Shown: positions 63,689-64,000 of the stretch, piece after piece
How positions within the stretch are numbered: position 1 is the first letter of the stretch
How the letters are laid out: each line of letters begins with the position of its first letter
Assembly: GCF_964194025.1 (NCBI RefSeq)
Contig: NC_134478.1
Coordinates: 5,332,001 to 5,396,000 of the forward strand
DNA length: 64,000 bases
Origin: Convolutriloba macropyga
Lineage: Eukaryota
Reading direction: 5' to 3'
The notes under the pieces: generated by a model
Told to the model about the DNA's origin: nothing
The model's database searches: none
What the model saw: the letters and a program-made list of their open reading frames with translations, nothing else
Translations under genes and position numbers: made by a program

Positions 63689-64000
63689 TATTAGTCATAG
63701 TAGAAGAACATACCGACGGTTTCTTACGTAATGTTGACGTGATTCTGCCTGAAGTCACTGAGAACTTCAAGCGCTTATCGAGAACCGCGAAGCATTTCAA
63801 GATATTCAGTCAGAATTTCGAAGTGACTTCTGCAGAGTCACTTAACCATACTTAAAACACGAAACGCGCACGTTTTAAAATGACGAAAGTCAACGCGGAA
63901 GTCAACTTCTGGATAAGTAGGAACTTCTGGCAGTTTAACTTCTGGCACTGCAGACGTTCGGCATTTTAAAATGTGCACGTGAGTGTTGTAACTTTAAAAC

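Noticed and set aside
63694-63855. Open frame VIVEEHTDGFLRNVDVILPEV... as the next exon after 63131
   Set aside because: No AG acceptor in the required phase 0, and the region carries gaagtcac/gacttctg repeat motifs.

Overview
AT-rich eukaryotic, probably invertebrate animal, genomic DNA with GT-AG introns, many non-autonomous DNA transposons and two N gaps. I found no prokaryotic features, rRNA, intact tRNA or CRISPR array. The main feature is a + strand gene that I assembled by hand from 16 exons (4598-36988). Their splice phases all match and give an uninterrupted ~1044-codon ORF, with the 5' exons not visible. It encodes an aminopeptidase N/ERAP-type M1 protein whose catalytic machinery is gone: GAMEN is NGVVS, HEXXH is KATTA and the catalytic Tyr is lost. 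Just upstream on the opposite strand, and probably nested in an intron of that gene, is the first exon of a secreted trypsin-like protein whose catalytic His57 is Gly (WVLTIAGC). Two adjacent or nested genes therefore look like pseudo-proteases. Also present are a candidate 90-aa orphan ORF (45763-46035), one coding exon of an unknown gene (62921-63131), a Helentron-type (HINE/DINE-1-like) element, CCC...GGG elements with 2-bp TSDs (CACTA/CMC-like), several foldback MITEs, a tRNA-derived SINE remnant and a ~1-kb tandem array.
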